Of a stretch of DNA of 18,990 nt, positions 9,243 through 18,990 are shown one piece after another (within the stretch, counting starts at the first letter, position 1; the number at the start of each line of letters is the position of its first letter). The notes below the pieces were generated by a model. It did no database searches and was not told where the DNA came from. It saw only the letters and a program-made list of their open reading frames with translations. A program made the position numbers and the translations under genes. The DNA comes from Vitrella brassicaformis CCMP3155. Lineage: Eukaryota > Protista > Chromerida. Where the stretch lies: positions 1-18,990 of the forward strand of contig CDMY01000804.1 in assembly GCA_001179505.1 (NCBI GenBank), given 5' to 3'.

Positions 9243-11260
9243 TCAGTGTCCTTTCATCTGAGACGCAAACAAATGGCTTGCACAGCGCACTGCCCACAGC
9301 CATAGGCCAAATACACCAGGGAGACAGAGACACATCCACCTGTCTGCGTGTTGCTGACGATATGAGATGTAGGCACCGATTTGCTCGCCCCCCGTCATCA
9401 AGCTGTCCGCACCCTCCCTCTCCTCTCCTCCCTGGCCCTCGACGATGGCCAGTGACCTGTCGAAGTCGGCGCTGACAGTCGCCACATGCTCCGGGTCCTC
9501 GCGGCGGCGACGCCACTCGGCCTCGATGAACACTTGCAGCCAGCGCACAACACGTCGGCGACCCTCAGAGCCAGCTGCTGGGTGGCCGTCACGTCGTACG
9601 GCACGTCAGCAGCAGGTGGGGGGAACTCGAGCCGGAAGTTGCAGCACATCGGTGTGTCCTCGAGAATCGTGATGCTGAGCGAGCAGCACATACCACATAC
9701 ATACACACATGTGGACGAGATCCACACTCTTCTTCCCACCGTTCCCCCCCCCCCNNNNNNNNNNNNNNNNNNNNNNNNNNNNNNNNNNNNNNNNNNNNNN
9801 NNNNNNNNNNNNNNNNNNNNNNNNNNNNNNNNNNNNNNNNNNNNNNNNNNNNNNNNNNNNNNNNNNNNNNNNNNNNNNNNNNNNNNNNNNNNNNNNNNNN
9901 NNNNNNNNNNNNNNNNNNNNNNNNNNNNNNNNNNNNNNNNNNNNNNNNNNNNNNNNNNNNNNNNNNNNNNNNNNNNNNNNNNNNNNNNNNNNNNNNNNNN
10001 NNNNNNNNNNNNNNNNNNNNNNNNNNNNNNNNNNNNNNNNNNNNNNNNNNNNNNCCCCCCCCCCCCCCAACCTACCCCAGTTCGTCCAATGACAGGTCTC
10101 GGTAGTACAGCTCCACGGCGGCTTCCACAGCACCTTGTCGGACCTCCAGCACCTCGCCTGCGCCCCTCCCCCTCTGACGTCCCTGCCCGTCCTCGAACGG
10201 CTCACGCACCTGCATCGCGTCACTGATCGCCTGTGTGGGCAGGGTCAGTCGGTTGGCGTTGACGTAGTGCTCAGCGCCTTCTGCAAGCGGGAGGGAGTGC
10301 ATCGGCTGCTGTGAGTCGGGGCGGACCAGGCACACGTCCCATGGCTGGCGGCGGACGCCCTCGAGGAAGAGCGACCGCTTCTTGGCGGTCGAGACGGCGT
10401 CTTGCAGTAGGGGGGAGGGTGTGAGGGTGGCGCGGCCGGTCAGCTTGCCGCCGCCCGTGCGGTTGCCCAGGTCGATGGCCATGCCCACCTTGGTGCTGCG
10501 CAGGCCTGCTGTGATGACCTCGTCCCCTCGGGGAAAACGATTCCGACCTTGACCGATCCTGCGGGAAGGGTGAAAACATGGCGCTTGTTCTTCGTGATGG
10601 TCTTCGGCTGGTTGATGTAGTTGCGGTCCACATACTGCTCCGAGTACCTCGTCGCACCCGTGCCTGGAAAGAACTCCAGCCCGCGGCAGCCGGGCGCGAC
10701 GGGGTGGGGGGGAGGAATGCGTTGCTGGTGACGTGATCGGTGCAGACGAAGCCAAGGGCGTAGGCCGCGCGGTGCGCACGGACACGACGACTAGCATGAC
10801 AGCCAGCAGGTCCAGCAGCTCACCGGCCACGTCGATCCGCTCATCTTGTCTCTCGATTTCGTCTTTGCTGTTGGTGTTGGGGTAGTCCTTGGCGATTGCG
10901 GGCACGGCGAAGCCAGTCCGGACGAGGCCAGTCAGTGTAACGTAGTGCTCATTGTCTGCACACACACACACACACACTCACACTCACACACACGCACGCG
11001 CACACACGAAGAGAGGGCGATGAGATGAATGGGCAAGTGCTGCGGGGACCCACCCACCTACCGAGGTACTCCATGGGGACGACAAGGCAGTCCCTTGGCT
11101 CCTATCCGGCCATGGTCAGCTGCCCCCTGAGAGGGGCGTCAGCGTACGGCATGGGGGAGGGGACGCTCCGCCAGAGCTGTGGGTCTGAGCCGATTGTTGT
11201 TTTGATGTAGTTGAGCCGACTGCTTTCCTGCCGGGCATCTATTTGTCCATGCTGCTCCAT
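9243..11260 (-). pseudogene. Disrupted gene of unknown family (3+ exons; in-frame TAG plus four -1 frameshifts): pseudogene or low-quality assembly
   Basis: Exon 1 is 11260-11062 (MEQHGQID...MAG*EPRDCLVVPMEYL, with TAG at 11102-11104). It is followed by intron 11061-10956 and exon 2 from 10955 to ~10075 (donor GTAGGT). After the intron containing the gap, exon 3 starts near 9677 (ITILEDTPMCCNFRLEF...). Protein-like, GC3-rich reading switches frame near 10785, 10709, 10525 and 9549. The 3' end is approximate. Confidence 0.6.
9755..10054. other. Assembly gap (300 N) flanked by poly-C runs, inside an intron
   Basis: N run 9755-10054, with C11 at 9744-9754 and C14 at 10055-10068. Confidence 0.99.
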
Positions 11261-11339
11261 CAAGCCGGCCCATGGAAAGGGTAGGGTTTGTGGGGTTTGT
11301 CCATTCCGTCGCGAATTCTCGCCGGGAAATGCGACAACG

Positions 11340-14300
11340 ATGCGCTACTCCATGAGGGACGATTCCAGTTCGCCAGAGGGCCCTGGGTCTGGGCTGCCTC
11401 TCACCCGCGAGGAGCAGCTGAGATTATGGCAAGAGAAAACCGGCCGGCGACGAAACACAACTTCGACCATGATCCCCAAACTCAACCCGCCTACAGACGC
11501 TGGACGCAAGAGGAGGCATGCAGCACGCCACCTCGGTAGCAGCGACGACAACGAACATCGCAACCATGAGTCAAGCCCGTTCGACAGCATTCCCACACCG
11601 CCGCAGTTCCAGTTGTTCGTCAAGCAGAGGTGGTTCGATGAGGCGCCTATGAGGGAGGATCTGCTCATCAAGTCGGAGGGAAGGTCGCCTGAGGGCTATC
11701 TCATCCCGTGCTCGTCTCCGCCGCAGCAGCCTGACCCGATGCAGCAGCTGCAGAGCGACAATGGCGACGAGCCCCTTGTGGAGGGCGGTTTTGACGGCGA
11801 GTGGGGCGAGGCCTTCCTCTCAGAAGACGACAATGACATCGGTGAGCCTATCGGCCCCTATCGTCCCTCGTCCGTGAACCTGCTGTCATCTCTCGAGGCC
11901 AAGATCACACAGGTGGCCTCACAGATCAGCAGGGTGCGCGCGCGGGCGACGGATGGGCACAGCAGCGGGGCCAAGAGCCCCGAGGGAGGCCGTGAGGTGA
12001 ATGTGGGTAAGGTCATGGGTGTGGGTGGGAGTCGGCTGGTGTCTGCTGCTGGTGGCCAGGGGAGGGGAGGTGGTGACGGCATCGATGGGGCAGGGGATGG
12101 CGAGCAGGATGGTGATGACGATGGGTGGAGGAGGCGGCGCGCCATGTCCACTGACGGCACACCCACACGGCCGCTGCGTGAGCTGCAAGGGAGGGAGGGA
12201 TGTGCACCCACAGAAATAAGGTGTATGCGTTGATTGCCCTCTCTGTGTGTGTCTCATCCATCCATCAGGTTATGGCTCCCTGCGTGAGGAGCTGGATGTG
12301 TTAGGTTCGATGGTTGATGAGCTCAAGACCGGCTTGCATCAGACCACAGACGTCATCAAACATCTACAGCGCAACGAACAACAGGTACACACGACAAAAC
12401 ATACATACACAAGTACACGTTAAACACACTATCTTCGTTTCGGTTGCAGTATCAATCGCAGCTGGAGTCGGCCCACGAGCGCATCGTAGCTCTAGAGGAC
12501 CACAACCGCGACCTCACTCACCAGTTGGCGCAGCATCGCATCGACCGTTCGTGTGTGTCGCCGTCTTCGCCCGGTCTGCAGTCGCTCGCCGAGGCACGGC
12601 TGCGGGCACGCTACGAGGCGCTGCTGAGGGAGAAGGACGAGGAGATCCAACGAATCACGAAGGCCAACAGGTGGGTGAGGGACGGGCAGTAGCTGTTGTT
12701 TGTAGGCAGACATCTGTGTCCACGCTCCGTATGTGTGTGTGCAGGGGCCCTGACGGTGAAGAGCTGACGGAGACGCTGCGTGAGATCCAAAGTGCCAACG
12801 AGGAGCTCACAACGCAGCTCGTCAAGGCTCATGCACTCAACCAGGTACAAATGAGACCACAGCTTAAATGGCCTCGTGACGGTGCGTATGCGTGTGAGTG
12901 TGTGCGTGCATGTATTGTGCAGGCGTTGCAGCGGAAGTATGTGCAGGGGGAGGAGATCCGCAGCCGCCTGCACGCCTTCGTCGAGACCCTAAGGGGACCC
13001 ATACGCGTGTTTGTCAGGTCCGCACACAACTGACCGGCTGTTCGTTTTTCTGCGAAGTGTGCGTGCGTGCGTGGATGTCCTTACTCGTGTAGGGTGCGTC
13101 CGTTGATTGGCCGTGAGGTAGTGGATCACCAGGGAGAGCCGCTGCCGATTGACGTAGGTGGCAGAGAGAGTGGAAGGTCACGTCAAGAGGTAGGTACCTC
13201 TGCTGCTTTGGTTTTCCCGAAGGTGTTGGATGTGGACGACGGCCGGTGTGTGGAGTGGTTGTGCCCAAAACACATGCAGCAGAGGGTCACGGTAGGTGAA
13301 CACACCCAAGCAAGGCAAGCGAAGCGGGTGACCGATGGATGCATCCCCTTTGTTTGTGCAGAACACGCGTCTGCTGTACCAATTCGATCGCGTGTTTAGC
13401 CCAGAGGCCACGCAGCACGAGGTGAGTGGAGTGAAGCGCTGCACTGAACCCCCTTCATGCCCGTACGTATTCTGTGTCTGCATGGGTGTATTTGTACTGC
13501 AGGTCTACGACGTGGCGTGTGCGCCTCTGATCCAGTCGGCCCTCGACGGCAAACGAGTCGCCATATTCGCTTACGGACAAACCGGCAGCGGTAACCGCCG
13601 CACGTATCCACCCACACACCCTACAGCAGCATATCAATGCTCTTGCCTTGTGTGCATCCATCCATCCATCCATCCATCAGGCAAGACGTACACCATTCTC
13701 GGCCCTGCGGGTCTGGTGGGGACCGAGGAGGGTGCGGCCATGCACAGTGCCTCGTCCATCCACGACGAGGGCCTCATTCAGCGGGCCGTGCGGCTCATCT
13801 GGGCGGAGAGGACACGCATGGAGGGCACACGCAGGGCATTCGCTGTACAGGTACGTTCAAAGTGCCGAAAGAGAGCGGTGTTCGTGGATCTTGGCTAATG
13901 TCGTTTTATGGTCTTTCTGTCAGGTTGTGTGTGTGGAGCTGTACAATGAGTCGTGTCGCGATTTGCTGACTGGGCAGGCCGCCACTGTGGCTTTGCTGCC
14001 CGGCCGCACCACGGGCCCACTTGGCAAAGTCGACGTCCGAAACATACACCCCACCGTGTATGAAGGCACCTCACGATGACCTGTGCTTCACTCTGTATGT
14101 GATGGATGGATGGCTGGGGGGATGACGTCTGTGTGTTGGTTCAGTGCCGACACGCAGGAAGAGGTGTTGGATCTCCTGCAGCAGGCGGCTGCAAACAGAC
14201 AAACCGACAGGTGAGGACAAAAACACAAGCCACACGAACGGAGGAGTCTGCATTGATCACTCATCAGGACTCATCGCAACGCCACGTCGTCCCGCAGCCA

Positions 14301-14961
14301 CGCGGTGTTTCAGCTCAGGTTCATGCCCGTCGCCACTCGCACATCTGCGGACCCGTCAATGCAACACCACAACAAGTAGGACGGAAGGCAACGAGCCAGA
14401 GTGTACATCAGACACACATTGGTTGGTTGGTTGGTTGTGTGCAGGTACGGCAGTGTTAGCTTTGTTGACCTGGCGGGCAGCGAGCGTCTGGAGACGCAAC
14501 AGGTGTGTGCGGATGTGGACAACTCACACGCGACCCGTGTGGCCCGGCTAACTTGTATGCATCTTGGTCGGTTCAGGTCGGATCGAAGCAGCTGAACGAG
14601 GCGCGGTCCATCAACCTGTCCCTGGCCCACCTGGCCCAGTGTGTCACAGACCTGGCACAAAACAACAAACACGTCAACTTCAGGTACCACTCACTGCACA
14701 CGGCCATGGAATCCCTGTCGCCTGCATTTCTGCGTCTCTTGGGTGTGGTGCAGGAACTCCCAGCTGACTTGGCTGCTGCAAGACTGCCTCGGCAGCAACC
14801 CCGACGAGTCGCAGTGCGCGTTTGTGGTGAACCTGAGCCCTTTGCCGCGTCACGCCTGGGAGAGCAAGTATAGCTTGAACTTCGCGTACAAGATATCTCT
14901 CGGCATTCGGGCCGCCAGAAATGAGGGCGCTCCTGCAAATGCGTGGGGCGCCTCCGTGTGA
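11340..14961 (+). CDS. Kinesin-14 family motor (N-terminal disordered tail, coiled coil, C-terminal motor domain), many exons
   Basis: The spliced product has the neck TLRGPIRVFVRVRP, YQFDRVF, the P-loop IFAYGQTGSG|KTYT (split by an intron), ELYNE, switch I NATSSRSHAVF, switch II FVDLAGSER, INLSL, HVNFRNSQLTWLLQDCLG and ESKYSLNFA. The stop is at 14961. A C-terminal motor with this neck indicates kinesin-14. The junction near 12200-12270 is ambiguous. Confidence 0.92.
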
Positions 14962-15500
14962 ATGAGAGTGGGGATGGATGCTGGGGCGGGCTCCTGAATG
15001 AGACACTCTCGTGGTGATGCTGTCGATGGATGGATGCATGACGGACCATGTATCTGTGTGCTTGTGCCCGATGTATTGCACCTTGTGTGGTTGACAGACG
15101 TCAAGGTGAGTGATGTTTCCTGCTGCACGCCAGTGTTGCGGCTCAGGGATTTTGACTACGCGGGGTGTTCACAATCGAGGCGTGCGACGATGGATGAAGA
15201 CGCTGTTAAAAACCCACGTACGATAGGGTCAATGACACGACACACCTAATGTCACATACACGTCTGGCGGCACCCAAAACGGGCGGACGCGACACGTACA
15301 CACACTCACGCACACACGCGCACATGTCAGCAAATCGCTTGAGAAGGGCAAAGAGAAAGGAAGAGAGGACCGGAGAGTAGTGTAGCACACATACAGGCAT
15401 GCAGGCAATGCAATGCAGGCAAGTAGGTATGGGATGGCAAACTCTTATGCCACCCGTCCGTCCATTCAGGATGCTTTGTACAAAGTCAGGCTCTCCACCT

Positions 15501-15524
15501 GATGGATGGATGGATGGATGGATG
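15501..15524 (+). repeat. (GATG)6 microsatellite, intergenic
   Basis: Six exact GATG units. Shorter GATG/CATC runs occur at ~13657-13677 and ~14101-14113. Confidence 0.9.
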
Positions 15525-15646
15525 CAGTCACGTAGTCACGACGGCCGGCCGCGCTCCTGTCTATCTCTCTTCCCTGTTCCTCTTCACAAATGCACCCACC
15601 CACCGGCCACTCACTGCCATGCGCATGATTGCTTGGTTCGTCCATC

Positions 15647-16853
15647 TCATCCCCGCTGCCCCCCCTGTAGGAAGCCGAAGATGCCGCCCTTTCTCCCCCC
15701 TCTGTCCAGCTGCCCAGCACCCCTCTGTCGCTTGCTGTCGTCCTCCGGTCCGCCCACGAGCAGGTCGTCGACCCGCCCTAGGCCGCCCAGCCCCATGCCA
15801 CCCAGGCCGCCCAGCACCATGTCGGAGTCGGTCTCGCCCTTGAGCTTCGTCTTGACTTTCTCAACCTCATCCTTGACCTGCACACCAGACATCACACACG
15901 GGGGGACACAACACACGCAATGTACTGACGCGGCGTGTGGGTGTGAGTGTGTTCGGTTCTGTACGTTTTTCTCTTCTGCGAGGAATTTCTGTCGCTCCTT
16001 GCTGTCGTCGGTGAGTCGGTCGTTGAGGCTCTTGAGGACCTGCTCAGTGGCCTTGCCCCACTTGCCCAGTATGTCGATCATGTCGTCCAGGTCTTGCGGC
16101 AGACGCACATCGCGACTCGCCACACCACTCACAGCAAAGCACTGCTTCTCCTGGACAATCACACACGCACACACACACACCCCACCACACACACACGCCC
16201 TTAAATAATGTGTATCCGTCGTCGTGTGTGTGGTAAAATGTCGCCTCCCTCCCTCCACCCCCGGCCATGGACGTACCTGGTCCATTTTGCCCTCGACGAG
16301 TTCGGCATAGATGGTCTCGATGATGATGTTCTCCAGCTGGCGTGTGTTGCCGGGCTCCAGGTCCAGCGCAGTCGCCAGCGCATCGAAGGTCAGCAGGGTC
16401 GAGTTGGAGGCCATGGACGTCACCGTCAGCATCCGCAGCTTGCGGTACATGGCGGGGGACAAATCGGCCGCCGGGAAGAGCTCACGGCGGGCCTTGTACT
16501 CCTCCAGGGTGCCGTAGGCGAAGAGCTTGAGGAGCGCCACCTGCTTGTGCGCCTCAGGAGACGACTTCTCGTACTCCTTGATCGACGGCAGCTCCAGCAA
16601 CTCACCGAACGTGAAGACGCCGGGGTGCTCCAGCACCTGTGTAATGAGCGCCTCCTGCACACGGACAGAACGCACGTCAGACGCAGTCACATGCGCGTGT
16701 TTGTCGACGCATCTCTGCGTCTGGGTCGGGTGTGCAGGTTTGTTGGCGTGGTTCTGCGTGTGTGTGTTTCCTCGCCCTCACCAGCGCTTTGCCCTTGACG
16801 GTCTTGCCCAGCAGGATGAACTGCTCCACCGCGGATGTGTCGAGCGAATCCAT
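15647..16853 (-). CDS. CSN7: COP9 signalosome subunit 7 (PCI domain), 4 exons, 288 aa
   Basis: Exons 16853-16782, 16654-16277, 16150-15965 and 15877-15647 are all phase 0 with GT-AG introns. The sequence VEQFILLGK...LITQVLEHPGVFTFGELLELP...LKLFAYGT...KLRMLTV...RQLENIII...GKMDQ...SRDVR is typical of CSN7, and closer to it than to eIF3m. Confidence 0.9.
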
Positions 16854-17051
16854 CGCACGTCACGGAAACGAACAAAGCGCTGATAGATGCGAACAGGAGA
16901 GATGATGGCGAGCAACAAATCAAGGCACTTCGGTTCGGCGGAGTTGCGACATGTGCGAGCTTGAAGATGGATAAACGGAAACAGAGACCCTAGAGCTCAG
17001 GGAGGCCGTGCGTGGAGAGTCCGCGAATTGGGCTAGTGCCCGATTTGCGCC

Positions 17052-17349
17052 TTTAAGAAACAACACGTTCGGTCAGACAAAACGTTCGATCGCGATCCTA
17101 TGGAAGAAAAAAGGAAAACTGGTAGCGGTGATGTGTTGCTCGCACTACTACAGACACGCCAATATGTCGAGAAGCTTCGTGGTTTTTTGTCACGTTTGGA
17201 TCAGTGACCATTAAACTGATGTACCCTAAAGCAAGTATAGCTTGGCCGTCTGGGTGCTCCCTGAAACCGCTGCTCCTTGAAGAAGATCGCGTTTTTTTTC
17301 GCGGAGAAAGTAAGCGAACAAGGGCATCTCTGGGCGCGAACTTCTTAAA
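17052..17349 (+). repeat. Dispersed repeat copy A (~298 bp) with TTTAAGAA...TTCTTAAA inverted ends; MITE-like or transposon-terminus-like
   Basis: Aligns to 18584-18860, with about 11 differences over the first ~160 bp by manual count. It has ~40 extra bp at ~17282-17322 bounded by AAG microhomology. TTAA lies at 17053-17056 and 17345-17348. Confidence 0.85.
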
Positions 17350-17419
17350 AGATGCATCAGCTGACTGAACACACGAAACGCGCCAGTTTGTGGTGGATGG
17401 GATGTTCTCCTTTGTCCGG

Positions 17420-18432
17420 TCATACAGCTGGTTGAGCTTGGTCTTTCTTGGGTGCCTTTTGCAGGTCCCTCAGTGCCGCATCGACTTTGTCGAGCTTCTG
17501 GCGGTTAACGAAAGAGATTTCGCCGACTATCGTGCAGTGGACTTGGGAGTGGATATGCTTGCAAGACTCCTCTCTGCAAATGCGGTCACCATCGACTTTC
17601 TGCTGCTTCCCCGCTTGGCGCCGCAGCCTCTTCTCGCCACTCTCGGAGTCATCGAAGACGTGCAGGAGCGAATCGATGGTCGAGCCTCCGGTGTTATCTG
17701 CAGCCACACCGGTAAGTGCCGCCAGACACAGCCAATGTCTGCATTGCAGTTGAGCAGAAGAAGCCTTCGCGGCTCTCATGACGGTCTTGCCAGTGCCGCC
17801 CTCGCCAGTCAGGCACATGCACAAGGGCGCGATGTATTTATTGTCCCGCAGGTCTCTGTAGTGGTTCAGCAAGTGGCTGCAGATGATTCGGGACGCCCGC
17901 ATATGCTCTTCGTTCAATCGGTAACGGCTCTCCCAGCGAACAGAGAAGGTCCTGTCGTCGACCGTCTCAGGCGGCTTGAATGCGGACACCGGCTGCGCCA
18001 GCAGTCGAGTGAGGCTGGCAGCATCCATCGAGTGACCACCGTGTGTGAAGACATTCGACTCGAAGAGAAGGTACTCAGGAGGCTTGCTTCATCTGACGTG
18101 ACACGGGTGTGCCCGATTTCACTTTGCTTGTTGCGTTGCTGGAGCAGGCCATCATTGTTGCTGCGTTGTTCGTGCAGGTCATCGTTGGGCTGATCCTGGC
18201 GGCTCCCATGTGATTGACAAGCCGATTGACAGTCATCGAGGGCAGTCTTCGATAGCCCCTTTAACAGGCACATCCAATTGTATCCAGCGATGCGATATAC
18301 TTGGCGAGGCACGTCTTGAACACGGGCGCAGCAGGAGCGGCAACATGAGGGGTGCAGCCACTCTGAGTACCTGCATGTTATGGCCACGTCTGTCTTCGAG
18401 ATCTGCATGTTTTTGAGACTCTCTCTCGCCAT
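17420..18432 (-). mobile_element. Decayed PIF1-family (SF1B) helicase fragment of Helitron type, truncated after motif II
   Basis: ORF 17420-18028 reads LNEEHMRASRIICSHL...PLCMCLTGEGGTGKT (Walker A, 17783-17806), then AALTGVAADNTGGSTIDS (the PIF1 A-x-TG-x-AA-xx-IGG-x-TIHS motif), then IVGEISFV (degenerate DEISMV). Motifs III-VI and any Rep/HUH domain are not seen. The upstream ORF (ATG 18432) needs a frame change near 18030. Confidence 0.75.
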
Positions 18433-18583
18433 TGTTGCATGCGTCGGTGTGCTTCTCGCCAACACTCGTGCTGTGCGCGTCTTTGTGACGCATAATTGGA
18501 CCACCACTTCGCACGCTTTTTTCGACCCCCGCCCAATTCGCGGCCTGGGGTGCCCACGCAGTGGGTGCCCCTTACTCGGAATC

Positions 18584-18860
18584 TTTAAGAAACAACACGT
18601 CGGGTCAGACAAAACGTTCGATCGCGATCGTATGGAAGAAAAAAGGGAAATCGGTAGCGGTGATGTGTTGCTCGCACTACTACAGACACGCCAATATGTC
18701 GAACAGCTTCATGCTTTTTGTCACGTTTGGATCAGTGACCGTCAAACGGATATGCCCTAAAGCGGCAAGTTATTGGAAAAAGCTTGGCGGTCGGGACGTC
18801 TAGGGTGCTACATGAAACCGCTGATGCTTGAAGGGCATCTCTGGGCGCGAACTTCTTAAA
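18584..18860 (+). repeat. Dispersed repeat copy B (~277 bp), direct repeat of copy A
   Basis: Same orientation and same ends as copy A (TTAA at 18585-18588 and 18856-18859). Similarity to copy A stops within a few bases outside these ends. Confidence 0.85.
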
Positions 18861-18990
18861 AAAGCAAGAGTGGAAACTGTCATTAACCGTAACACTCGTC
18901 TGTGTGTCCGTGATACTCATACAAATACAGTCCCATCAGCACGCAGACTCAAACAGGCTCAAGGGGAGGAGGGATCAATCCCCGCCCCAT

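Noticed and set aside
9486-10226. ORFs spanning the N gap
   Set aside because: They are open only because the N bases translate as X.
17083-17220. Pol III B-box-like GTTCGATC, and box C/D-like GTGATGT...CTGA inside the repeat
   Set aside because: There is no A-box at the right spacing and no cloverleaf; the CTGA box is CGGA in copy B; there is no terminal stem.
17225-17231. CCCTAAA telomere-like heptamer in both repeat copies
   Set aside because: Only a single unit in each copy, not a tandem array.
18547-18569. GC-rich hairpin GGGTGCCCAC-GCA-GTGGGTGCCC as a canonical Helitron 3' end
   Set aside because: No CTRR follows it, and it is on the 5' side relative to the minus-strand helicase. It is kept only as weak context for the composite element.
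18963-18988. GC hairpin at the window end
   Set aside because: Only a 5-bp core stem with mismatches beyond, and the context is cut off by the window edge.
1-18990. CRISPR arrays, tRNA/rRNA genes, prokaryotic operons
   Set aside because: There are no regularly spaced repeats or structural RNA signatures; the window is spliceosomal-intron eukaryotic DNA.

Overview
GC-rich, intron-dense eukaryotic nuclear DNA. Short GT-AG introns full of CA/GT microsatellites resemble a chromerid alveolate such as Vitrella; this taxon call is inference from style only. I rebuilt seven multi-exon or single-exon genes by hand, in strictly alternating orientation (-,+,-,+,-,+,-). They are: an SRD5A3/DFG10 polyprenol reductase, a TruD/PUS7-family protein whose catalytic motifs are all degenerate, a predicted secreted protein, a protein with a weak cyclic-nucleotide-binding domain, a frameshifted unknown gene spanning a 300-N gap, a kinesin-14 and COP9 subunit CSN7. 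The last 2 kb hold two ~280-300 bp direct repeats with TTAA/short inverted-repeat ends. They bracket a decayed Helitron-type PIF1 helicase fragment, and a ~43 bp core of the repeat recurs at 422-464. The most notable items are the intact but apparently non-catalytic TruD with a possible mitochondrial presequence, the repeat-bracketed helicase cassette, clustered -1 frameshifts, and fold-back introns. Most ORFs in the supplied track are antisense shadows or intron read-through.
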